64,000 nt of DNA, from positions 2,210 through 66,209 of the forward strand of contig JBDRCT010000034.1 of assembly GCA_043821445.1 (NCBI GenBank). The letters are read 5' to 3'. Below the pieces are notes generated by a model. It worked only from the letters and a program-made list of their open reading frames with translations, had not been told where the DNA came from and ran no database searches. Every line of letters begins with the position of its first letter. The stretch's first letter is position 1. The position numbers were made by a program, and so were the translations under genes. Of this stretch, positions 1 to 8,773 are shown piece by piece. This stretch comes from Candidatus Omnitrophota bacterium (GTDB taxonomy: Bacteria; Omnitrophota; Omnitrophia; Omnitrophales; Aquincolibacteriaceae).

Positions 1-677
1 TAAGAGACCACAGGCGGGAACTCGGCGCCGGTCAGGCGAAAGAGGATCAAAACAAGAACACCGCCCACCACGACCAGGGGCAGGATGAGATTGATCCTTT
101 GGCCGGCCGGCGATCCTTCGAGCATGGCCATCGAGCGTTCCCGGCGCAGGTCGAACCCGATCTTCGATTGTGGCAAAGGGATCTCCCAGGCCGCAAAGCG
201 CGCTTCCACATAATCCCGGAAGACCCGCAAAGCAGACCGGTTGATCAGCTCATTTTCCTCGCGCACAAGCGTCAGGCTGTTTCTGTAAAATCCGGCGTAA
301 GCCCGGGCGGCCTCTTCGCGCGCGCCGGCCCTCTCAAGCGCGGCCCCGAGCAATAAATAAGCCAGCCGGTTTCCGTCGAATTTTTCCGAGGCCTCCCGGA
401 GCAGCGGGATCGCGCTGTCGATGTCCCCCCGGTCCGCCAGGAGCAGGACGGCCTCCGCGGTCAGTTGGTAGGAATCGTTGATGCTTTTGACCCTGGAAAA
501 CCGTCTCCGCGCCAGTTCCACGGCTTTCCGGGCCGAGAGGCTGAGTTCCTGGCGGAACTCGGTCTGGTCACGGTCCCATCCCGGGGCCGGCCCGTCACGG
601 AACAGCTCCGGCTCTTCGCAAGCCGCGGCCCGCGAAAGCAGCACCATGAAAAGGATCAAAAAGGAAAGTTTTTTCAT
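1..677 (-). CDS. Hypothetical exported/membrane-anchored protein, 3' end outside the window (partial)
   Basis: Minus-strand frame is open from ATG 677..675 to position 3. I checked every plus-strand triplet in this frame for TTA/CTA/TCA and found none. N-terminus MKKLSFLILFMVLLSRAAAC looks like a signal peptide; there is a hydrophobic segment INLILPLVVVGGVLVLILF near the window edge; GC-rich. Not in the ORF track because the stop is outside the window. Confidence 0.4.
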   Translation of the reverse strand, partial: MKKLSFLILFMVLLSRAAACEEPELFRDGPAPGWDRDQTEFRQELSLSARKAVELARRRFSRVKSINDSYQLTAEAVLLLADRGDIDSAIPLLREASEKFDGNRLAYLLLGAALERAGAREEAARAYAGFYRNSLTLVREENELINRSALRVFRDYVEARFAAWEIPLPQSKIGFDLRRERSMAMLEGSPAGQRINLILPLVVVGGVLVLILFRLTGAEFPPVVS

Positions 678-679
678 CA

Positions 680-706
680 AAAAGCCACCCCGCCAGAGGC
701 GGGCAA
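680..706 (-). terminator. Possible rho-independent terminator downstream of dxs
   Basis: On the minus strand: CCCGCC-tct-GGCGGG stem, then GTGGC and TTTTT. The 5-nt spacer before the U-run weakens the call. Confidence 0.3.
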
Positions 707-742
707 GCAGGTACACCAACCTGAAGGACTGCAAACGGGACA

Positions 743-2632
743 TCATTTCTTTTGGAGGTGAAGTTCTTTCAAGACCGACGCGGTGATCTTTTCGGGAGAA
801 AGGCCGAATTCGTCAAGCTGGGTGTCGCGGGAACCGTGTTCGATGAATTCATCCGGCAGGGCGAAGCGTTTGACCGGAACGTTGCGGAGGTTCTTTTCTT
901 CCAGGAACTCCAAGACCTTGGAACCGAACCCGCCCGCAGCAACATGTTCTTCCAGGGTGAAAAGGAATTTCGTTTTTTTGAGGGAGTCCAGGATCAATTG
1001 CTCGTCGAGGGGACGGGCAAAACGCATGTTCACGATCCGGGCGGAAACGCCTTCTTTCTTGAGAAGTGCATGCGCCTTGCAGGCGGTCTCCACCATGTTC
1101 CCAAGGGCAAGGATCGTCATGTCCTCGCCGTCAAAGAGCAACTCCCCTTCTCCTACCTCAAAGACTTTTTTCGGAAAAGCGTCGAACATCTTGGGGATGT
1201 TCGCCCGCGGATAACGGATCGCAAAGACCGACGCGTGGTTCAGGGCAAGCTCCATCATTTTTTCCATTTCATATTCATCGATGGGAGAAGCCAGCACGAT
1301 GCCCGGAACGGACCCGAGGTAGGCGAGATCAAAGATCCCCTGATGGGTGGCGCCGTCCGCGCCGACAAGGCCAGCGCGATCGACCCCGATCACGATGCTC
1401 TGGCGTTGCAACGCGACATCGTGCATCACGGAATCATGGGCACGTTGCAAAAAAGACGAATAGATGGCCACGACGGGTTTGAGCCCGCCCCGCGCAAGGG
1501 CTCCCGCAAAAGTGACGGCGTGCTGTTCCGCGATCCCGACGTCAAAAAAGCGCTCGGGAAATTCCTTCTGGAATTGGACGAGCCCGGTCCCCGAAGGCAT
1601 AGCCGCCGTGATCGCGACCACCTTGGGATTCCGGCGCGCGTGTTTGGAAAGAGCATCGGCAAAAGCCTGGGTGTAGGAGACGCCTGTGGCGTCGCTCTTT
1701 GATGACACGATCTCGATCTTTTCTCCGGTCTCCACGTCAAAAGGGCCGACGCCATGCCCTTTTTCCTCGTCTCTTTCCGCGAACGCACAACCCTTTCCTT
1801 TTTTTGTAAGAATATGAAGAAAACTGCAAGTGTTGAGGGCCAGCACATCGCGCAGGGTTTTGACCAAACCCACGACGTCATGCCCGTCCACAGGGCCGAA
1901 ATACCGGAACCCCAACTCCTCAAAAAGGATCCCGGGCACAAAAAGATGTTTCATGCCTTCGAGCGAAGCGTTGGAGAATCTCTTGAGACGCGGAAAACGG
2001 CTGAGTTGTTTTTCGACTTCCCCGCGAATGCGGTTGTAGAGGGGATTGGTGATGACCCGGTTGAGGTAACGGCTCATTCCTCCGACGTTCTTCGCAATCG
2101 ACATCTCGTTATCGTTCAGAATGATGAGCATGTTCTTCTTGAGATGCCCGGCGCTGTTCAGGGCCTCAAAGGAAAGTCCCGAGGTCATGGCTCCGTCTCC
2201 GACCACGGCCACGACTTTTTCATTTCCTCTTTTGATGTCACGCGCAGCGGCGAGTCCCAAAGCCTGCGAGATCGCGGTACCGGCATGGCCGACGATGAAA
2301 GGGTCATGCGCGTTTTCCCACGGGGCGGGAAAACCGCTCAGGCCTCCGGGCTGGCGCAGGGTGTTCATCCGGTCCTTGCGCCCTGTGATCATTTTATGAA
2401 CATAGGCCTGGTGGCCGACATCCCAGCAGATCTTGTCCTCGGGAGAATGAAGGACATAGTGGAGAGCGATCGAGAGCTCCAAAACACCCAGGCTCGCGCC
2501 CAGATGCCCGCCGGTCTTGGCCACGGATCCGATCAGAAATTGGCGGTACTCCTCAGCAACCTCCGGAAGTTTTTCCAGAGGCACCTGCTTCAGGTCCTGC
2601 GGGCTCTTTATTTGGTCGATCCAGTTTGTCAT
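743..2632 (-). CDS. dxs: 1-deoxy-D-xylulose-5-phosphate synthase
   Basis: 629 aa; thiamine-diphosphate/transketolase-like motifs (GDGAMTSG, typical Dxs N-terminus VGHQAYVHK); conserved position downstream of ispA. Confidence 0.95.
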   Translation of the reverse strand: MTNWIDQIKSPQDLKQVPLEKLPEVAEEYRQFLIGSVAKTGGHLGASLGVLELSIALHYVLHSPEDKICWDVGHQAYVHKMITGRKDRMNTLRQPGGLSGFPAPWENAHDPFIVGHAGTAISQALGLAAARDIKRGNEKVVAVVGDGAMTSGLSFEALNSAGHLKKNMLIILNDNEMSIAKNVGGMSRYLNRVITNPLYNRIRGEVEKQLSRFPRLKRFSNASLEGMKHLFVPGILFEELGFRYFGPVDGHDVVGLVKTLRDVLALNTCSFLHILTKKGKGCAFAERDEEKGHGVGPFDVETGEKIEIVSSKSDATGVSYTQAFADALSKHARRNPKVVAITAAMPSGTGLVQFQKEFPERFFDVGIAEQHAVTFAGALARGGLKPVVAIYSSFLQRAHDSVMHDVALQRQSIVIGVDRAGLVGADGATHQGIFDLAYLGSVPGIVLASPIDEYEMEKMMELALNHASVFAIRYPRANIPKMFDAFPKKVFEVGEGELLFDGEDMTILALGNMVETACKAHALLKKEGVSARIVNMRFARPLDEQLILDSLKKTKFLFTLEEHVAAGGFGSKVLEFLEEKNLRNVPVKRFALPDEFIEHGSRDTQLDEFGLSPEKITASVLKELHLQKK

Positions 2633-2644
2633 GGTTTTCCTATT

Positions 2645-3463
2645 TCACGGAATACGTGATCTTAAAAAATCCGCCAAAAAGATAAGTTCTTTGGCTTCAG
2701 CGCCCAATCGTTTTGCTTCTTTTTTCGCCCGGCCGATAAGACCGAGCGCTTTCTGGGTGGCCGCCTTGATGCTCATCACCTTGCAATAACCGTCTTTATC
2801 CAGGATATCATCTACGATCTGGAACGCAAGCCCCAAGCATGCTCCGTAACGGGTCATTATTTTGAGCTTGCGCGGGGCAGCGCCCGCGGCGATCGCTCCG
2901 GCCATGGCACTGACACGGATCAACGCGCCCGTCTTAGAGCGGCTGATGAAATCGTGCTCCGCGAGCGTCTTTTTCCGTGCCGGAGCTTCCAGGTCCGCGA
3001 CCTGCCCTCCGATCATCCCTTGCGTCCCGGCGGCCTTCGATATTTCGCGCAGAACGTGGACGGCCCGGTGCGCGGGTTTGATCTCCGCGATCCATTCGAA
3101 CGCCAGGGTGAGGAGCGCATCGCCGGCCAGGACCGCGTTCGCTTCGCCGAATTTTTTGTGGCAGGTGGGTTTTCCGCGCCGGGTATCGTCATTGTCCAGC
3201 GCCGGAAGATCGTCATGCACGAGTGAATAAGTATGGATGAGCTCGATCGCCAGGGCCGTCCCCATAGCGTCCCGGGGCTTTCCTCCGCACGCCTCACAAG
3301 CCGAGAGTACCAGCACCGGCCGGAACCTTTTCCCGCCCGTAAAGACCGCGTACTGCATGGCCTTGTGAATGCTGAGCGGACGGGCTTCCCGGGCGCGCAG
3401 CAGGCCTCTCAGCTTATGCTCGATCATCCCCAGATAGCATTTGTAGTATTGTTCGTAGGTCAT
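2645..3463 (-). CDS. ispA: Polyprenyl (farnesyl/geranyl) diphosphate synthase
   Basis: First aspartate-rich motif LVHDDLPALDNDDTRRGKPT and second motif region GDALLT. Start chosen at MTYEQYY (ATG 3463), which leaves 10 nt after the xseB stop. The longer ORF start at 3535 would overlap xseB by 62 nt. Confidence 0.9.
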   Translation of the reverse strand: MTYEQYYKCYLGMIEHKLRGLLRAREARPLSIHKAMQYAVFTGGKRFRPVLVLSACEACGGKPRDAMGTALAIELIHTYSLVHDDLPALDNDDTRRGKPTCHKKFGEANAVLAGDALLTLAFEWIAEIKPAHRAVHVLREISKAAGTQGMIGGQVADLEAPARKKTLAEHDFISRSKTGALIRVSAMAGAIAAGAAPRKLKIMTRYGACLGLAFQIVDDILDKDGYCKVMSIKAATQKALGLIGRAKKEAKRLGAEAKELIFLADFLRSRIP

Positions 3464-3473
3464 ATACGCTTTG

Positions 3474-3749
3474 TTAGGCCCCTTCACCAGAAACTTTTTT
3501 CTTTTTCGATCTCGGGGCCGGTTCGTCAGGGTCAAACGTCTCTTTTTTGAGCGACCCGTCCAGGGACCGGGTCAGAACCTCGATCTTCTTTTCCGTTTCG
3601 GTGAGCTTGGACTGGCAAGAGCGCACCAACCCGACACCCTCTTCGTATTTCTTGAGCGCCTGGTCAAGCGTCAGTTCCCCGCTCTCCATCGCTTCCACGA
3701 TCTTTTCAAGGTCTTCCAACGCTTTCTCAAATTGAAACTTTTCGGTCAT
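3474..3749 (-). CDS. xseB: Exodeoxyribonuclease VII small subunit
   Basis: 91 aa; XseB-like N-terminus (FEKALEDLEKIVEAMESGELTLDQALKKYEEGVGL); start overlaps the xseA stop. Confidence 0.85.
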   Translation of the reverse strand: MTEKFQFEKALEDLEKIVEAMESGELTLDQALKKYEEGVGLVRSCQSKLTETEKKIEVLTRSLDGSLKKETFDPDEPAPRSKKKKVSGEGA

Positions 3750-4996
3750 GGAATATCCCCCTTTTGGGTTATAGCAGAAACCTTCGAGACTAAAGAACCT
3801 TTATGAAGCCGGGTCCGTATCACATCCCCTTCCGAAATCTGCCGGACATTTTTGAGGATGTCGCCTTTTTCATTAAAACTCACGGAATAACCGCGCTCAA
3901 GGATCGCGAGAGGATTGAGTGCATTCAACCGGCCCATGATACCCTGAAAGACCTGGCTCTTGGAACCCATAAAGTTTGACACGCAACCTTCTATCCGCCG
4001 GCCCAGATCATCCACCCGTCCGGTAAATTGGTCCAGGAGATACCGCGGCTGCCGGAACGCCGCGCTTGAAGCAAGACCCGAAAGCCGCTCCTGATACCGC
4101 TCACAGATCCCGGTCACTATGAGATCCATTCTCTCCTTACGTTCGTGCAAACGGTCTTCAAGTTCGAAACGGCTTGAGACGATGAGCTCCGCGGCGGCTG
4201 AAGGCGTCGGGGCCCGAAGATCCGCTACAAGATCGCAGATCGTCCAATCGCTCTCATGTCCCACCGCAGAAATAACGGGGATCCTCGACCCAAAGATCGC
4301 ACGGGCGACAGGCTCCTCGTTAAAGGCCCAAAGATCTTCGAGACTTCCGCCGCCCCGTCCCACGATCAGGACATCGGCCTCTGCTTGCTCGTTCATCATT
4401 CCGACAGCAGCCGCGATCTCCGCGGCCGCGCCTTCTCCCTGCACTTTGACAGGGCAGAGCAGAACATGGGTCCCGCAGAACCGGCGGTTCACCACGTTCA
4501 AAATATCATGGATCGCGGCCCCGGTCGGCGAGGTGATCACGCCCACGATCTTCGGAAACTTCGGGACGGGCCGCTTCCGCTCTTCGGCGAACAGACCCTC
4601 CTTAGCCAATTTCTCTTTTAATTGCTGGAACGCAAGCTGGAGCGCCCCGATGCCCTGCGGTTCTACGCGTTCGATATAAAGCTGGTACTGCCCGCGCGCT
4701 TCGTAAATGGAAACACGGCAGAACGCGAGGACCTTGAGTCCGTCCTTGAGCTCGAACCGGAGTCCGCGCTGATATTGGCTGAAGAAAGCCGCCTGGATCT
4801 GTGCCGATTCGTCTTTGAGCGTCAGATAGATATGCCCGGAGCTGTGATGCTTGAAGTTCGAGATCTCCCCTTCCACCCAGACCGCGGAAATCCGGGATTC
4901 CAGGAGCAGGCGGCTCTGCCGGTTCAGCTGGCTGACCGTATAAATTTTTCTTTCCTTGCTATTCAAATCGAGATCGTGCATTTCTGCGGCTTTCAT
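3746..4996 (-). CDS. xseA: Exodeoxyribonuclease VII large subunit
   Basis: 416 aa; OB-fold N-terminus plus catalytic core (VWVEGEISNF, GRGGGSLEDLWAFNEE); GGAG ribosome-binding site 8 nt upstream of the ATG. Confidence 0.9.
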   Translation of the reverse strand: MKAAEMHDLDLNSKERKIYTVSQLNRQSRLLLESRISAVWVEGEISNFKHHSSGHIYLTLKDESAQIQAAFFSQYQRGLRFELKDGLKVLAFCRVSIYEARGQYQLYIERVEPQGIGALQLAFQQLKEKLAKEGLFAEERKRPVPKFPKIVGVITSPTGAAIHDILNVVNRRFCGTHVLLCPVKVQGEGAAAEIAAAVGMMNEQAEADVLIVGRGGGSLEDLWAFNEEPVARAIFGSRIPVISAVGHESDWTICDLVADLRAPTPSAAAELIVSSRFELEDRLHERKERMDLIVTGICERYQERLSGLASSAAFRQPRYLLDQFTGRVDDLGRRIEGCVSNFMGSKSQVFQGIMGRLNALNPLAILERGYSVSFNEKGDILKNVRQISEGDVIRTRLHKGSLVSKVSAITQKGDIP

Positions 4997-5010
4997 ACAT
5001 CACTCCAAAT

Positions 5011-5075
5011 GGCGCAACGCGCAAAGCGCAACGTGAAAGTATTCGCGTTGAGCGTTGCCCGTTGTGCGTTGAGCG
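5011..5075. repeat. REP-like imperfect palindromic element, family 1 copy A (GCGCAACG units)
   Basis: GGCGCAACGCGCAAAGCGCAACG ... CGTTGAGCGTTGCCCGTTGTGCGTTGAGCG. A second copy lies at 54748-54814. It sits between the MTHFS stop and the xseA start, 14 nt from the xseA ATG. Confidence 0.6.
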
Positions 5076-5079
5076 GATT

Positions 5080-5622
5080 TTAGTCGGTAATGACTCGATC
5101 CATCCTCACATCATGTATCTGCATCGGAACTTTTTTTACGATCTGTTCCCGGAAGCACAACCCGACTTTAACTGCTTTTTGGGCCTTCCGGAGAAGCCGG
5201 TCATAGTAAGCGCCACCCCGCCCCAGACGTCCGCCGCTTTTGTCAAAAGCCACGCCCGGGACAATAATGATATCCATTTGACGGGCCGGCCACTTCTTAC
5301 AAAATGCCCTGGGTTCCCTGATGTTGTAAGCGCCCTTTTTGAGGTCCCTGGAAAGTGAACGGACCCGGCACAATACCATGGATCTTTTCGGATCGATCCT
5401 CGGAAGATAGATCTTTTTATTTTTCAAAACCTTTTCAAGGAAGGGCCTTGTCTCAACCTCGGGTGCGATCCCATAATAAAGCGCGACATGCTCAGCTCTT
5501 TGAAAAATGGGCTCCCGGGATAATGTCCTGAGAATGCGACGGCTTTTCACATGCCGCGAGAGACGCGGAATATTTCTCCTTTTCTCAAGGAGTGCTTTTC
5601 TAAGAGAACTCTTTTCCAGCAT
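5080..5622 (-). CDS. 5-formyltetrahydrofolate cyclo-ligase
   Basis: 180 aa; MTHFS family motifs (DIIIVPGVAFD, GRGGAYYDR). Confidence 0.8.
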   Translation of the reverse strand: MLEKSSLRKALLEKRRNIPRLSRHVKSRRILRTLSREPIFQRAEHVALYYGIAPEVETRPFLEKVLKNKKIYLPRIDPKRSMVLCRVRSLSRDLKKGAYNIREPRAFCKKWPARQMDIIIVPGVAFDKSGGRLGRGGAYYDRLLRKAQKAVKVGLCFREQIVKKVPMQIHDVRMDRVITD

Positions 5623-5634
5623 GGATCAAGGGAC

Positions 5635-6093
5635 CTAGCGGGCTGCCGTCTTTTTTTCTTGTTCGAAGCGGGCTCGTTCCGCCTCGAGCTTTGCAGCTTT
5701 TTCATCAAGATCGGCTTGAAGCTGGCGAAGATTTTCTTTTTGGCGATCCATTTCCTCGGAGAACTTCTGGCGCTCGGCCTGGAAAGTCTTTTTTTGAGCC
5801 TCAAGTTCCCGGCTTTCGTCCTGAGCGGTGTCCGGACTGTTGAGGGTCTGCATCTTGGAGAAAATCTCTTCTTTGAGCTTTTCCAGCTGATCCTGTTTCT
5901 CACGGATCATCTGGACCTGCTGATCGCGAACTGCTTCCCATTCCGTCTTCAGCTTATCAAGCTCGGATTGCGGGACCGGCTCCCCGGCTTTCTCCGAAAC
6001 CTCCGCTGCGGCCTGGCCGGTTGCAAATCCCGCCGGAGACAAAAAAAGAACGGCCAAGATCCAAAAAAAAGCGGTCCTTTTAAATTTTCGCAT
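5635..6093 (-). CDS. Secreted coiled-coil protein (possibly OmpH/Skp-like), unknown function
   Basis: Start chosen at MRKFKRTAFFWILAVLFLSPAGFA (signal peptide). The rest is E/K/Q-rich with heptad-like periodicity. The longer ORF start at 6150 has no signal peptide. Confidence 0.45.
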   Translation of the reverse strand: MRKFKRTAFFWILAVLFLSPAGFATGQAAAEVSEKAGEPVPQSELDKLKTEWEAVRDQQVQMIREKQDQLEKLKEEIFSKMQTLNSPDTAQDESRELEAQKKTFQAERQKFSEEMDRQKENLRQLQADLDEKAAKLEAERARFEQEKKTAAR

Positions 6094-6105
6094 TTTCCCT
6101 TCTGC
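6079..6105. repeat. 27-bp direct repeat, left copy, flanking the low-GC island
   Basis: tttaaattttcgcattttcccttctgc. A near-identical copy (26/27, one extra t) lies at 7930-7956. The left copy contains the 5' end (RBS and ATG) of the coiled-coil gene. Confidence 0.7.
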
Positions 6106-6174
6106 TCTTTCTCTTTGATTTGTCATAGCCGGGTTCGCGACGAATGGCACCGGTACCGTTCAAATTCCTGACAT

Positions 6175-7782
6175 TTAAACCTTTTCCTTTTTTAAAAACT
6201 TGCGGATCCGGATAAGCTTCAATCCTCGCAATTCAGAATCAAGCTCGGCCTCCTGCCAACCCTCAAGACTTTCCATGTCTGACAAAATCTTTGCGGTGTT
6301 TTCATACTGCCGCCATTCGGGAACTCTTTGAAGAAAAATAATATATACTTTATTTGGTATAACTTGGTCAATAATTTGTTTCAGATCTGACATTCCTTTA
6401 AAATCGACGTATAACTCGAACACGGGCGCGTTTCCATTCGCCATGCAAATTATTTGAGGAATAAACCCCCAGTCAGCTGCTATGAAAATCGCGCTTTCGA
6501 CGTGTTGGGCAAAAAACTCCGCCATCTGGGTATATTCGGGACTCCACTCAGGCGAGGTCTTTCCAGTCAAAAGAGATCGTTCTGTCGAGCTGAAGACAAT
6601 TATGCGATATAAAAAAAATACTGAGAGAACTATCAGAAAAAGCCAGCGCAGGATTTTTGTCAAAACCGTCCGCCTACCCCCTTTGTCGTAGAGCCCTGTA
6701 AAAGTTAAAGCCATTGCAACATATTGAAAGGGCGTGCCAAGGATCCAGTGGTAAACCCAGGTTGTTTGAGGCAAAACTCGGATCGCAACAGCGATAGCCA
6801 AATAGGCCAGCAAGGAAATACCGGCCCACTTGAACCACCGGCTGCTGTTCCGCGCAAAAACCCATAGACTCGCTATTAAACTCGAAATGAGTAGAATGCA
6901 TATACCTTCTACGCAATACAAGCGCCACCCCGTCTGGACACCACATATAATAGCTTTTACCAAGGCACCATTCCCAAGACAGAGGTACTTCCAAAAATAG
7001 GAGGCATGATCGCTCCAGGATAAACGAATGGAAGAATGCGCCACTGCGCTTAAGGAGAATAGCTTGTGTTCATGAACCCACGAATAAAGATTGACCGGGA
7101 TCAGAGGGAAACAACCTAAAAAATATCCTGCAGCACAAGCAAATAGGTGCGGAATTTTTCGGCGAGGCCCAGAAAAAAACATGAACATTAACAGCGGAAC
7201 CAGCAACACAACCGAACTCAATTTTTCATAAAGCGCAACACCCGCTATAACGCCAAGCCAAAATGAATTTGCGACATGGGGGACTCCCTTTATTTCTCCG
7301 CGAAGCCACACTCCGATGAACAAAAGACGGAGGGCTAGGATCAACGCAACCGATCCCCAATCATGTCGTGTCATTAGAAGAACACTAGGATCCAGAATGA
7401 CAAAAACAAAAAAAATAACAAGTCCCAAGGGAGGCCATTCCTTTCGAAGAAGCCAGCCGAAGAGGAATATCGCCACGCTCACAAAAAACACTCCGAGCAG
7501 CCTCCAACTCACCACCGAAAAACACGCCTTGAATATCCGCAAATAAAGACCATAAATGGTACTTTTGATCGCGCCTATGTAGGAATTATTAAATAGTGGA
7601 AAGTGTTGACGACCTATGGAAATACAAAAACCACCAAATGCATCTTTTGGGCTTTTAGCTAAAGAGGCGGGGGCCTGAAAAACTTCATCGCAATAAAGTC
7701 CTTGGCGCGAAAGCGCGATGCTTCCAGCACTAAGAAATAAGCTGCACGCAATCAGGGATATTATTACGTTGATTTTGGACAC
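6175..7782 (-). CDS. Polytopic membrane protein, probable GT-C-type (ArnT/PMT-like) glycosyltransferase
   Basis: 535 aa; about 12 hydrophobic helices in the N-terminal 400 aa, then a soluble C-terminal domain; GTG start; local GC about 40% against about 56% elsewhere. Confidence 0.45.
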   Translation of the reverse strand: MSKINVIISLIACSLFLSAGSIALSRQGLYCDEVFQAPASLAKSPKDAFGGFCISIGRQHFPLFNNSYIGAIKSTIYGLYLRIFKACFSVVSWRLLGVFFVSVAIFLFGWLLRKEWPPLGLVIFFVFVILDPSVLLMTRHDWGSVALILALRLLFIGVWLRGEIKGVPHVANSFWLGVIAGVALYEKLSSVVLLVPLLMFMFFSGPRRKIPHLFACAAGYFLGCFPLIPVNLYSWVHEHKLFSLSAVAHSSIRLSWSDHASYFWKYLCLGNGALVKAIICGVQTGWRLYCVEGICILLISSLIASLWVFARNSSRWFKWAGISLLAYLAIAVAIRVLPQTTWVYHWILGTPFQYVAMALTFTGLYDKGGRRTVLTKILRWLFLIVLSVFFLYRIIVFSSTERSLLTGKTSPEWSPEYTQMAEFFAQHVESAIFIAADWGFIPQIICMANGNAPVFELYVDFKGMSDLKQIIDQVIPNKVYIIFLQRVPEWRQYENTAKILSDMESLEGWQEAELDSELRGLKLIRIRKFLKKEKV

Positions 7783-7929
7783 AAAAAAGAACCTAAGGGG
7801 GTTCGACTATATTCATGCGATCGCATTTTGCATCCCTTTACCATTTTCTGGAACACCTCCAACAACAAAAAAACAACATGCTGAACGGTAAAGATATTGT
7901 TTCCTCAAGAATTCGAAAGAAGCAGTTTA

Positions 7930-7956
7930 TTAAATTTTTCGCATTTTCCCTTCTGC
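7930..7956. repeat. 27-bp direct repeat, right copy (decayed duplicate of the coiled-coil gene 5' end)
   Basis: ttattaaatttttcgcattttcccttctgc. On the minus strand it reads ATGCGAAAAATTTAATAA (M-R-K-I-stop). Confidence 0.7.
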
Positions 7957-8125
7957 CTTCCTGCGCCTCTTGCTATAATGCCAGCCCGTAGCAGGTCTTA
8001 TGCCTCCATAGCTTCCGCCTCGCCAGGGGCGAGGATGGATCCGTCCTCCGGATTAACCGGAGGCGGACAATTGGAATAACCTAGTTTCTCTTTTTTATCA
8101 TGTTATGATTTCGCTGATGTTTCGT

Positions 8126-8199
8126 GCCCCCATAGCTCAATTGGATAGAGCATCTCCTTCCTAAGGAGAGGGTTGCATGTTCGATTCATGCTGGGGGCA
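8126..8199 (+). tRNA. tRNA-Arg (anticodon CCT)
   Basis: Cloverleaf folded by hand: acceptor GCCCCCA/TGGGGGC, D-stem GCTC/GAGC, anticodon stem TCTCC/GGAGA with loop TTCCTAA (U33, CCT, A37), T-stem GCATG/CATGC with TTCGATT loop, discriminator A. Followed by TTTTTT. Confidence 0.85.
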
Positions 8200-8203
8200 T
8201 TTT

Positions 8204-8725
8204 TTAATATTTTATGAGTGAAAACACATCGCGGTTTTTCAGTTTTTGCCGCCCTTTCAGAAACTCTAATTCGATCACGAACGCGAGTTTCGTCACTTTG
8301 CCGCCGATGGCTTCCACAAGTTTTACAGCCGCGGCAGCCGTCCCCCCCGTCGCCAAGAGGTCGTCCACGATGACCACCTTCTCCCCGCGTTTCACCGCGT
8401 CCTGATGGATCTCAAGGATCTCTTCACCGTATTCAAGTGTGCAAGCAATACTCTGGGTCTTCCAGGGAAGTTTGCCCTTTTTGCGAATGGGCACAAAACC
8501 CACCCCGAGTTTTGTCGCAAGCGCTGTCCCAAAGATAAATCCACGCGACTCGATCCCCACCACCGCGCCGATCTTTTTCCCTTTTAGAGACCTTGCCAAC
8601 CGGGCAATGATCTCCCGGAGCGACTTCGCGTCCTTCAGGAGCGGTGTGATGTCCCGGAAAAGGATCCCTTTTTTGGGAAAATCAGGAATGTTGCGGACTT
8701 TGGCTTTCAACGTTTTCAGATTCAT
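8204..8725 (-). CDS. apt: Adenine phosphoribosyltransferase
   Basis: 173 aa; PRTase motif [13 protein letters not shown] and typical Apt N-terminus. Confidence 0.9.
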   Translation of the reverse strand: MNLKTLKAKVRNIPDFPKKGILFRDITPLLKDAKSLREIIARLARSLKGKKIGAVVGIESRGFIFGTALATKLGVGFVPIRKKGKLPWKTQSIACTLEYGEEILEIHQDAVKRGEKVVIVDDLLATGGTAAAAVKLVEAIGGKVTKLAFVIELEFLKGRQKLKNRDVFSLIKY

Positions 8726-8773
8726 AAAAGCTCCTTTTGAAATAGTTGAACGGCTTTGAAAAAAGCGGAATAC

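Noticed and set aside
752-2659. Long plus-strand ORFs (752-1702, 1754-2659 and others) antisense to dxs
   Set aside because: They overlap a confidently identified minus-strand gene and have no recognisable motifs; they are typical antisense ORFs in GC-rich DNA. The same applies to other plus-strand ORFs antisense to glyS, uvrA, ppdK, the radical-SAM genes and similar.
5551-6171. 206-aa Leu-rich plus-strand ORF
   Set aside because: It is the antisense image of the Glu/Lys-rich coiled-coil gene on the minus strand, which has a signal peptide and fits the operon strand.
7897-8079. 60-aa plus-strand ORF between the island and the tRNA
   Set aside because: It overlaps the structured GC-rich leader region and a repeat copy; it is low complexity and has no RBS.
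8126-8199. tRNA in the reverse orientation
   Set aside because: The reverse-complement fold lacks U33/purine-37 in the anticodon loop; the plus-strand fold is canonical.
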